A stretch of DNA of 35,326 nt. Source: Acidimicrobiia bacterium. GTDB lineage: Bacteria; Actinomycetota; Acidimicrobiia; Spongiisociales; JAHEDJ01. The notes under the pieces are model-generated. The model was not told the origin of the DNA, ran no database searches, and saw only the letters and a list, made by a program, of their open reading frames with translations. Where the stretch lies: assembly GCA_029210695.1 (NCBI GenBank), contig JARGFH010000008.1, positions 62,001 through 97,326 on the forward strand, read 5' to 3'. Position 1 is the stretch's first letter. Every line of letters starts with the position of its first letter. A program made the position numbers and the translations under genes. This document shows positions 28,092-35,326 of the stretch, one piece after another.

Positions 28092-28924
28092 CCTGATGTA
28101 CCTCCGATGGGTAGTGGTCGTGAGCGGGGTCGAACTCCGGCGTGACAAGCGTCCGAGCAATAGGTCGCTGTGTGGCAGGTGCCACAGTTGTTGGCACCTC
28201 CTTCATCTACATCGGCGCCGTGGGTTGCGTTCCAGCCGTCCGGGTGGTTGATGTCATGACAGTTCGCGCAGGTTGAGGCGCTATGGCAAGCGGTGCAGGA
28301 GTCGCGATCGGTCCCGTCAAACGACCCCGGTAAAATGAGGCTGTGATCCTGCCCGGGATGGAACGAATCGGGAAGGTGACAGGTGCCGCAGTCGACGTAG
28401 CCACCACGAGGTATGGCGAAGTCGTAGTAGTGGGGCAATGACCCGGGCACATGGCAGTACTGGCACTGGCTCTCCGACGCAACTTGTGTATGGCATTCGG
28501 CGCACACTCGCTCTGGGGGTGCCAGCGGGTTCGGGTGTGTCAGATCTGTGTGACAGGCTTCGCAAGTGAGACCGGCTTCCGCATGGGTGGGATGGTTGAA
28601 GTACAAATCGCTGGACCGAACGTTCGTCCAGTAGTTCTCGTGGCAGTCGGCGCACTCAGAGAACTCCGATGGCACCGCGGCTTCTGCTGTCGGCTGTTGC
28701 CAGACTGGCAGAACCCAGCGATCGATGGACTGGTCCGCTTCATCGACGAACCGCGAGAGGAGGCCGGGCCGTTCGTCGCTGCCTGCCCACAGCACGACCA
28801 CGTCTTCAGCAAATCGTCCAAGGCCGTCCCTCGCATCGGGTGAGACGAGCACCGCTCCGACAATTGCACCTTCGATAATGAAGAGGCTGATGACAGACGC
28901 GACGATCAGGGTGAATCTGTTCAC
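28088..28924 (-). CDS. Membrane-anchored multihaem cytochrome c (8 CxxCH + 1 CxxxCH)
   Basis: N-terminal TM. CADCH, CEACH, CAECH, CQYCH, CGTCH, CTACH, CANCH, CGTCH, CSDACH. GTGA overlap. Confidence 0.88.
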   Translation of the reverse strand: MNRFTLIVASVISLFIIEGAIVGAVLVSPDARDGLGRFAEDVVVLWAGSDERPGLLSRFVDEADQSIDRWVLPVWQQPTAEAAVPSEFSECADCHENYWTNVRSSDLYFNHPTHAEAGLTCEACHTDLTHPNPLAPPERVCAECHTQVASESQCQYCHVPGSLPHYYDFAIPRGGYVDCGTCHLPDSFHPGQDHSLILPGSFDGTDRDSCTACHSASTCANCHDINHPDGWNATHGADVDEGGANNCGTCHTATYCSDACHAGVRPRSRPLPIGGTSG

Positions 28925-29949
28925 GGCACTATGTCCCAGTCGTAGAGCCGTTGCTCGGTGTGCACCGAGTGTTTGACATGGCAGACACTGCAGTCGCGGA
29001 TGGAATGGCACGTGGCGCAAGCCGACGCTTGAGGCGTTTCCACCGACCGGAAGTGCAGCCCAACCCAGTTTTCCGGATGCGGTATTTCGGTCCCGTGGCA
29101 GCCTGCGCAGAAGGAGGGCGCATGACACGACGTACAGCTGGCGCCGCGATCTCCGATGCTCTCCGGCCCGTGCATCGTGGTCCAGTCTCCCGGGTGCGGA
29201 TAGGTCGCTCCGACGTGACACGCCGAGCAGAAGTCTGAGGCGTGGCAATCGACACACGCGGTCGGTTCGGCGACGGCGTCGCGGCCGTGGGTGAACGAGT
29301 AGTCGGCTGGATGCGGATCCCCTGGACGGGAAACGGCTGCGGTCGTACCCGGATGAGCGACCTGGCCGTGGCAAGCGTCGCAGGCAGCATCTGGTCCCGG
29401 ATGCCCGGCGGCCACCAGTTCAGAACTCGCCGCTATCTCGATGTGACACTCACTGCATGCCCCCGGGGCGAGAACCCCCTGTGCGGTGGGTAGCCGAGTG
29501 ACTTGCTGGGCGGCTTCCCTGATCAGAGTCGGTACGTAGACCAGGCCGCCGAGGAGACCGTGGGTCGTACCGTGACATGCGAGGCAGGCGACATCAGCAT
29601 GAATGGATTGGCCATGACTCGTTGCGGCCGACTCGGCAGTGTGGCACGAACCACAGAACGCCCGTGAGGAACCTGGATAGGTGGTTGTGAAGCCGATCGC
29701 AAGCGCGAATAGAGCTGCCACTCCAAGCACCCAGAGAAGCCATCTGCGCGGTCCGTCGGATGCTCCCTCGAGCTCGCGCGGTAGCTTCCTTCGATCGGGA
29801 AAGTCGGTCGACGGCGGAGTCTGGCTGTTTCCATCCGGTGGCTCGGGAGGGTCTGGAGGCGATGGATCGCTCTGCGACGGCGGTGGCGGTTCGACACCGT
29901 TGCCGCGGAATGCCTCCGGAGGCCCCTCGCCGGGCGGCTCGAAGGTCAT
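28921..29949 (-). CDS. Membrane-anchored 10-haem cytochrome c with NapC/NirT-like N-terminal region
   Basis: Pro-rich N-terminus, TM, FCGSCH..SIHADVACLACH, CSECH, CDACH, then CVDCH, CSACH, CTSCH, CAGCH, CATCH, CSVCH. ATGA overlap. Confidence 0.88.
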   Translation of the reverse strand: MTFEPPGEGPPEAFRGNGVEPPPPSQSDPSPPDPPEPPDGNSQTPPSTDFPDRRKLPRELEGASDGPRRWLLWVLGVAALFALAIGFTTTYPGSSRAFCGSCHTAESAATSHGQSIHADVACLACHGTTHGLLGGLVYVPTLIREAAQQVTRLPTAQGVLAPGACSECHIEIAASSELVAAGHPGPDAACDACHGQVAHPGTTAAVSRPGDPHPADYSFTHGRDAVAEPTACVDCHASDFCSACHVGATYPHPGDWTTMHGPESIGDRGASCTSCHAPSFCAGCHGTEIPHPENWVGLHFRSVETPQASACATCHSIRDCSVCHVKHSVHTEQRLYDWDIVP

Positions 29950-30857
29950 GGTCGCTCCCCTGGTTCTTCGTTCCCAGAGGTGTCGCCATCGAGGGTCGAA
30001 TCTGCCTCGCCTGTGGTTTCGGCTGGTGGCGCGAGGCGTCGAAGGTCGGCTGAGTAATCCTCTACACCCCGTGTGTGGCAAGAAACGCAGGTGTTGGGAT
30101 CGTGGCACTCGAAACAGCCGGCACCACCGTCGGTTCGCACAACCTCAGGATGAGCCTCTCTCCAGACCGGAACGTCGGGGTTCTGCGGGTGGTGGCAGGC
30201 GTCGCACTCATCACGAGTGGTCAGATCTGGTCCGCGCTCGTGACAGCTCATACACGATTCGATGCTCGAGTCGAACGTAGCCCGCGCATGCGGATATCCC
30301 GCCCATCCGTCGTCGTGCGGTATGTCGACACCATGGCACGCCGTACAGAAATCTTGTCGCGAGTGGCAAGTCTCGCACAGCGACTGGCTGATCAGGGCGC
30401 CAGAGCCGTGAACGTCCCGCCACTCTGCAGTGAAGTGGCTCTGGGGCGGAGGCACAGTGGCATTGTCGTGGCACCGGAGGCACGGCAGCTCGAGAGCCGG
30501 CCCGGCGTCTAGGTGGCACGAAAAGCAATCCTCCATGTTCGGTGTCAGCGGGGGAGTGCGATCGTGCGTATCGAGACCATGGCAATTGCCGCAACCGACG
30601 TCACCAGAAGTCGAGAAGTGCTCTTCGTGTCGAAATCCGATGAGTTGCACCAGTCCGGCTTGCAGGGAGTGCTCGATGTCATCGTGGCATTCGAGGCACG
30701 CGTCGAAGTCGGAATCCGCCGCCACGGCGGCGGCTGCAATCGGGATCAGCGGTGGGTCGTTTGCCGGATCGTCCGTCAACTGCCAGGCGACCAACGCAAC
30801 AACGGTGAGGAGTCCGCCGAGCGCAAAGGGCCGTGGTCGTCGTCTCATCGCGACCAC
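29946..30857 (-). CDS. 10-haem cytochrome c (c3/c7-like N-terminal part plus dihaem repeats)
   Basis: N-terminal hydrophobic segment. CLECH, CGNCH, CFSCH, CLRCH, CETCH, CTACH, CMSCH, CDACH, CFECH, CVSCH. Start may be ATG 30848. Confidence 0.88.
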   Translation of the reverse strand: MVAMRRRPRPFALGGLLTVVALVAWQLTDDPANDPPLIPIAAAAVAADSDFDACLECHDDIEHSLQAGLVQLIGFRHEEHFSTSGDVGCGNCHGLDTHDRTPPLTPNMEDCFSCHLDAGPALELPCLRCHDNATVPPPQSHFTAEWRDVHGSGALISQSLCETCHSRQDFCTACHGVDIPHDDGWAGYPHARATFDSSIESCMSCHERGPDLTTRDECDACHHPQNPDVPVWREAHPEVVRTDGGAGCFECHDPNTCVSCHTRGVEDYSADLRRLAPPAETTGEADSTLDGDTSGNEEPGERP

Positions 30858-30909
30858 CCGGCGAGATGGGGTGCGCTGCAGGCTGCGATGGTCCCCAAGT
30901 AATCCACGC

Positions 30910-31335
30910 CTACTCCTCTTGGACGAACGGGCGGAGAGGGATGTGGCCGCCGTTTAGTAATGTGTCGTAGGTCACCGAGAAGACCCGCCTCAGCTCGTCG
31001 AAGGCGTCCTCGCAGACGGGTCGGATCGGACAGTCGGCTGCGGTGTCACAGGTTTCGGGATGCTCGCAGCAGATGTTGACGAAGAGTGGGCCTTGCACGG
31101 CCTCTATGACGTTGAGCAGGCTGATCTCGCTTGGATCGCGCGCAAGATCGATCCCGCCGTTGACTCCTCGTCTGGTGGTGAGTATGCCCGCTTTCGACAC
31201 GGCCGCCACGATGCGCCCGAGGATCGATGGGGGTATCCCGGCCCGTTCCGCGACTGCTCCGGTGGAGGTGTGCCCGGTGCGGGCTACGTCGAGAACACAG
31301 CGCACGGCATAGTCGACCTCGCGGGTGATCAACAC
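30910..31335 (-). CDS. Rrf2 family transcriptional regulator with Fe-S ligand Cys motif
   Basis: ITREVDYAVR, RRGVNGG..LARDPSEISLLNVIEAVQG, NICCEHPETCDTAADC. GAGAGGGG RBS before GTG 31335. Confidence 0.92.
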   Translation of the reverse strand: MLITREVDYAVRCVLDVARTGHTSTGAVAERAGIPPSILGRIVAAVSKAGILTTRRGVNGGIDLARDPSEISLLNVIEAVQGPLFVNICCEHPETCDTAADCPIRPVCEDAFDELRRVFSVTYDTLLNGGHIPLRPFVQEE

Positions 31336-31519
31336 CGTGGGCCCCCTCTCGACCACTCACGGCATTCACAAACCATTGCGGACCCTCGCCTCTCTCCCAT
31401 GTGGCCCAACCCGCGGCTCCTGACAGCCATCCCGGGTCCAACCGCGACGGTACTCGCAGTCAACTGGCGTCCTGTAGGGCCCAATGGCATTCGCGGGGGG
31501 ATGGAGGTCGGGTCTGTCA

Positions 31520-33022
31520 TCAGAACCGCGTCGATCCGTGATTGTGGCACTGTGTGCAGAGCCTGTTGGGTGTGTGGTGGTCGCCGTGGCAGCTGCCACA
31601 GAAGTCAGAGAGGATTGCCTGCTGTTCTGGGGTGTCCTCATCGATGAATCCGGTAACCCGTGGGCCGACGGTGCCGGCGGGCACACCTGCCTGTCCGGGG
31701 CTGATCACATACTCGCGCAACAGGTATGAGTTCGAGGAGCCATGCGGGTCGTGGCAGGCGGTGCAGGCGAGTTGGGCGCCCGCACCGTGGTCCGACCGTT
31801 CGTTGGTGAAATAGTACGTGGCGTCGAACGTGTCGTGGGGTCCGCCGCTCCCGTTCAGCACGGCTGAGTCGTTGGTGAGCCGCACGTCGTAGGGGACCCA
31901 GGTGCCGGCGTTGATTGGAGCGGTCGTGGTCGGGTCCTGGTGACACGCAACGCAAAACTGCGATATGGTGCCCCGGGTGAACGTGCCGTCCGTCCAGGTG
32001 ATGGCGACGTCGCCTCGGGTGTCTCCCGGATTCGAGATCTTGCTCCCAGTTGCTGAGTACTCACGGTCAACCCGATGAGCGTTGTGACATGACGCGCACT
32101 CGACCTCACGGCTACCAACGTCTTGTTCATGGTCGCCGATGGGGTGGTGGTAGATGCGAATCAAGCCGTCGGCGTCGGTGGGGTCGTAGTCGTTGGCTGC
32201 CGCCGTGAAGGCGTACTCGAGGTCGGTGGTGTCGAAGGGAAGATCGGGGTTGGTGTTGGGCGTTGCCGTGTTGTGGCAGGTGAAGCAGGTGGCCTCTTGT
32301 TGGGAGAGGCCCGGGTAGGCCGAGCCATGGCCGTTGTGGCAGTTCACGCACTGGATGCCCGATCCCGAGGGAGGATCGCCCCCGAGCATTTGGTGAACGC
32401 CTCCGTCAAACGCAGTCTGATCGCCAAACGGAGCGGGGAATGGAGAGGCGGCACCGTGGCACCGGTAGCAGTAGGTGTTGCCAATCGGAGTGCCGACCGG
32501 CGAGTAGACCCAGCCACCGGAACCATCGTTGATGCGCAGGAGTTTCGTGAACTCGGATCGAGCCTGATGTGGCGTGTGGCAGTCGCCACACGTGACCGAG
32601 TATCCGTCGAGCGCGTGGGGGAGGGGATGATACGAAGGTTGGGTGCTCTCCCCCAGATTCGACTCGCCGAACTCTGCGCGGATGTCGGACGTCGATCCAC
32701 TCCCGTCGTGGCATCGGTAGCAGGCTTCCTTTTCGGTGGCGGTTGCCAGCAATGTGGTTCCGGCGGCATTGTGGACGTCGTGGCAGGAGAGACACCCGTT
32801 CGTGGCGGCGCTGAGGAGACCGTGAGGGTCCGGGAACTCAACTGCCTGAGCCACCGCGAGGATCGCAAAGGGCATTGAAGTTGCTGCCGTGTCCGCGCGT
32901 TGGTCCGGTCCGGCCGCAGCCGGCAAGAATGTAAGGGCACCGAACACAACGCTCAGCGTGGTCGCAAGAGCGATCCGCCGCCATTGTGCGCCCGGTACTC
33001 GAAACCTGACGAGTTTGGTCAA
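31520..33022 (-). CDS. Secreted 11-haem cytochrome c with paired (doubled) CXXCH domains
   Basis: Signal peptide. CLSCH, CYRCH, CGDCH, CYRCH, CVNCH, CFTCH, CASCH, CVACH, CTACH, CGSCH, CTQCH, mostly alternating CxxCHxxH/CxxCH. GGAGG precedes the TTG. Confidence 0.9.
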   Translation of the reverse strand: MTKLVRFRVPGAQWRRIALATTLSVVFGALTFLPAAAGPDQRADTAATSMPFAILAVAQAVEFPDPHGLLSAATNGCLSCHDVHNAAGTTLLATATEKEACYRCHDGSGSTSDIRAEFGESNLGESTQPSYHPLPHALDGYSVTCGDCHTPHQARSEFTKLLRINDGSGGWVYSPVGTPIGNTYCYRCHGAASPFPAPFGDQTAFDGGVHQMLGGDPPSGSGIQCVNCHNGHGSAYPGLSQQEATCFTCHNTATPNTNPDLPFDTTDLEYAFTAAANDYDPTDADGLIRIYHHPIGDHEQDVGSREVECASCHNAHRVDREYSATGSKISNPGDTRGDVAITWTDGTFTRGTISQFCVACHQDPTTTAPINAGTWVPYDVRLTNDSAVLNGSGGPHDTFDATYYFTNERSDHGAGAQLACTACHDPHGSSNSYLLREYVISPGQAGVPAGTVGPRVTGFIDEDTPEQQAILSDFCGSCHGDHHTPNRLCTQCHNHGSTRF

Positions 33023-33189
33023 ATATCCTCCGCCACCCTAAGAGTAAATCATACCTATTTCGGGCGATTTCGGTAGTGCGATGCGCCCCGTTGATGGGGC
33101 CGAATGGCCCTGTCGCGATAGGGCCATTCCTCAACTTGACGCTGTGTCGGGAAACACATAGAGTGATGAATGAGCCAAGTGCTATCGGC

Positions 33190-33214
33190 ATATTTGACCT
33201 AAAAGGTCTGATTA
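33190..33214. promoter_or_regulatory. Candidate Rrf2 (IscR type-1-like) operator in the divergent promoter region
   Basis: ATATTTGACCTAAAAGGTCTGATTA: 25 bp, GACCT-AAA-AGGTC core, GAC-N7-GTC spacing. Confidence 0.5.
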
Positions 33215-33339
33215 CGTCGAGGTTAGGGATTACGCATCGCCAGGCTTCTTGGCGGCATCGCGATGCGGGTTGCGAGAAACAGAAGGGGAGCATGCAGCTC
33301 CCATGAGTCGGGTTCCGAACCCGACAGGGAGGAGGGCGA

Positions 33340-34470
33340 ATGAGACGGCGATTCAGAACCGTCGGACTCGTTGTGTGTGTAATGGCTGCGATGTTGGTCC
33401 CGGTAACGGGGGCGATGGCGCAGGATGCGAGCAATGTTGGTGATCCAGCTGCCGGGGCAGTTGATCCGCATGGTGGGTACTCGTCGACTACGCAGTTCTG
33501 TCTGCAATGTCATGACGTCCATAATGCAAACGGATCGTACGGTCTCATGGGGGCAGTCAGTGTGACAGCCGTCTGTCAGACTTGCCATGCGTTGCCGAGG
33601 TTGGGTGGAGGCGGAGTAACGGTTCCGAGCCACAATCCAACGCCAAATCTCAACCCCGACGGGTCGGTCAAGACACTCGGTACGACGTCGTCGTTCAGTG
33701 CCTACGACCTAACGGGTGGGGTGGGCGAAGAGCACACGATCGGTGCTACAGACATTGACGGCAACCCGATGACGCAGTCTGCCTACCAATACCGTGGACG
33801 GTTCCTCGGAACCGATTCTGCCGTTGCGGCGGGTGCGGGCACTGCAGGTGAGTACGCCGGCGGTCTTTACTGCGCCAGTTGCCACACGGCACACGGCGAG
33901 TACGGCCAGGTTGTGAATGATCCGGTCGAACCGACGGCAACCAGTCCTGGCGACGAGGGTGTGCACTTCTATCAGGGGAATACGCAACTCTGGTTGGACT
34001 ACTCCGGCGACGCGACAAACCCGAATGCCGACTGGTTCGCATGTGAAGCCGCGGCCGATGTAATGATTGGCACCGGCGTCGGCACCGCCTGTGCGAAGCG
34101 ATTCGACGCGCTGACGATCAACGATGAAGAGGGCAAGCCCTCTTCGCTGTTCGGCTACAAGCTGCTGTCGTCATATCCGAATCACACATGGGGGAGCAAG
34201 TCGAGCTTCAAGTTCGACAACCACGCGCATGATGTATCGGTGTGGTGCTCAAAGTGCCATGATTCGAAGTCGATCGATACTGCGGGCATTCACAATCACC
34301 CGACGGGCTGCCTGGCTTGCCACGGCAACCCTTCGGATGTCGACTCGCGAGGTCGATTCACTGTTGCGACGGCCTTCGACTTCCCGCATACGTCGCCAAA
34401 TGCGGCCTTCCTGCGGGCGTTGCCTGACGCACTCTGCATCAGCTGCCACACGAGGGGAAGCCTGCCGTAG
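33340..34470 (+). CDS. Secreted hexahaem cytochrome c, OmcS/CwcA-like motif architecture
   Basis: Sec signal ending AMA. PHGGY..CLQCHDVH, CQTCH, LYCASCHTAHGEY, WCSKCH..HP, CLACH..FPH, LCISCH at the C-terminus. GGAGG RBS. Confidence 0.85.
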   Translation: MRRRFRTVGLVVCVMAAMLVPVTGAMAQDASNVGDPAAGAVDPHGGYSSTTQFCLQCHDVHNANGSYGLMGAVSVTAVCQTCHALPRLGGGGVTVPSHNPTPNLNPDGSVKTLGTTSSFSAYDLTGGVGEEHTIGATDIDGNPMTQSAYQYRGRFLGTDSAVAAGAGTAGEYAGGLYCASCHTAHGEYGQVVNDPVEPTATSPGDEGVHFYQGNTQLWLDYSGDATNPNADWFACEAAADVMIGTGVGTACAKRFDALTINDEEGKPSSLFGYKLLSSYPNHTWGSKSSFKFDNHAHDVSVWCSKCHDSKSIDTAGIHNHPTGCLACHGNPSDVDSRGRFTVATAFDFPHTSPNAAFLRALPDALCISCHTRGSLP

Positions 34471-34495
34471 ACGACCTGTAACTTACCGACTACCC

Positions 34496-34530
34496 GAAGT
34501 GGGGAGCCGAAAGGCTCCCCACTTCTCTGT
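34496..34530 (+). terminator. Intrinsic terminator after the hexahaem gene
   Basis: GAAGTGGGGAGCC-GAAA-GGCTCCCCACTTC (13-bp stem, GNRA loop) followed by TCTGT. Confidence 0.8.
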
Positions 34531-34622
34531 CCCACCCCAAACCCCTTCTTGCGTCACTTCTGGGCGTATAGCGCCCGTGGCTTCAGGTGGTGTGGGCGAC
34601 GGGGTGGCTTTGGAGGTGGGTT

Positions 34623-34822
34623 GTGGGCCGTCCCAAGATTCCGTGGTTGGTGGCGCGTGAGGCGTTGTTGGCGATAGGCAGGGGTGCAACGATTGATCAG
34701 GCTGCTGTGGTGGCTGGTGTGTCACCGCGGGCGGTTGATCAGCTGGTCAGCGAGCATGGCCGCATGTTGCATTTGGAAGGTCATAAACCGCGGGCTGATG
34801 TGTTGACGGTGGGAGAACGTGA
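34623..34822 (+). pseudogene. IS30-family transposase N-terminal fragment
   Basis: GGAGG RBS, HTH-like GATIDQAAVVAGVS, then LTVGERE (IS30 LSxxERxxI). Interrupted at the start of the next IS. Confidence 0.6.
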
Positions 34823-35251
34823 AGTTACGTCCATTGACGTGGTGTACGGGAGGGTCTGAGGGTCCTTCCTTATCGGTGTTCACCGCGTCAGCCTCACGAA
34901 CACGTGCAAGCGAGCGTGAGGAGTAACGCGGTGATCAATAAAAGCATGGACGCGTTGGTGTGGCTGCGCAAGCAGCTCGAGACCGGCGACAACGACTTGC
35001 TGCGTGAGATGGTGCGCAGCTTCGCCGAGGAGTTGATGGGAACCGAAGCGGATGTGGTGTGCGGTGCCGGCTACGGGGAGGTCTCGGTGGACCGGGTCAA
35101 TAGCTGCGGACTGGTTCGTATTTCCCGGACTGGCTCCTGGATGCGAGGACCCGTTCGGAGCGGGCGTTCATCCAAGTCGTCTCGGAAGCCTACGTTCGGG
35201 GCGTTTCCACTCGCAGGGTCGAAGGGCTGGTGGAGGCGTTGGGGATCACGT
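34823..35251 (+). pseudogene. IS256-family element remnant (left end plus deleted, frameshifted transposase)
   Basis: AGTTACGTCC..GTGGTGTACGG end. DLLREM..LMGTEADVVCGAGYGE..RVNS, then in another frame LRTGSYFPDWLL..RSERA..YVRGVSTRRVEGLVEALGIT; the RNGYR..IPK segment is missing. Confidence 0.85.
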
Positions 35252-35326
35252 TGACGCCGCTCGCTGAAATTCCCCAGGGTTGCTCATCGAAATTCCTCAC
35301 CTTGGGTTGGGTTTGGATGCTAGTTG
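35252..35326 (+). mobile_element. Probable terminal end of an IS21-family element (runs off the window)
   Basis: TG start with repeated GAAATTCCCCAG / GAAATTCCTCAC boxes, as in IS21-type ends. It truncates the IS256 reading frame. Confidence 0.5.

Noticed and set aside
33215..33339. Cyclic dinucleotide (GEMM-I) riboswitch, as found before some Geobacter cytochrome genes
   Set aside because: I could not find the GYAAA..GAAA..GACGCAAAGC core; only generic hairpins are present.
19267..34470. MtrCAB-type porin-cytochrome conduit, NrfA/HAO enzymes, or cytochrome c maturation genes
   Set aside because: No beta-barrel ORF, no CxxCK motif, and no ccm/ccs/resBC-like genes are in the window.

Overview
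High-GC DNA, most likely from an actinobacterium (the RskA-type anti-sigma factor, F420-dependent LLM gene and IS types suggest Acidimicrobiia or a relative; the taxonomy is inferred). Left: housekeeping and orphan genes (anti-sigma fragment, SDR, LLM-F420, DoxX, an FMN-barrel-like orphan, trpB2). Centre: a tightly coupled nine-gene haem operon hemA-C-D-B-L-E-N-H-Y. It has a true HemN, a protoporphyrin-type ferrochelatase and no hemQ, which is atypical for Actinomycetota. It is followed by a haem-binding EB_dh/DOMON-like lipoprotein. Right (19.3-34.5 kb): eight c-type cytochrome genes carrying 64 haem-binding motifs. They are an ImcH-like 7-haem quinol oxidase, a split CbcL-like b/c pair (9 haems plus a cytochrome b with two extra c domains), three membrane-anchored 9-10-haem proteins, an 11-haem paired-CXXCH protein and a secreted hexahaem with OmcS-like motif order. 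SurA-like, TPR and NHL accessory genes and an Fe-S-type Rrf2 regulator lie among them. Together this looks like a Geobacter-style extracellular electron transfer locus in a monoderm cell, with its own haem supply. A complete ISL3 (IRs plus 8-bp TSD) sits inside the cluster, and nested IS30/IS256/IS21 remnants end the window. All homology calls come from motif recognition and recall; no searches were run.
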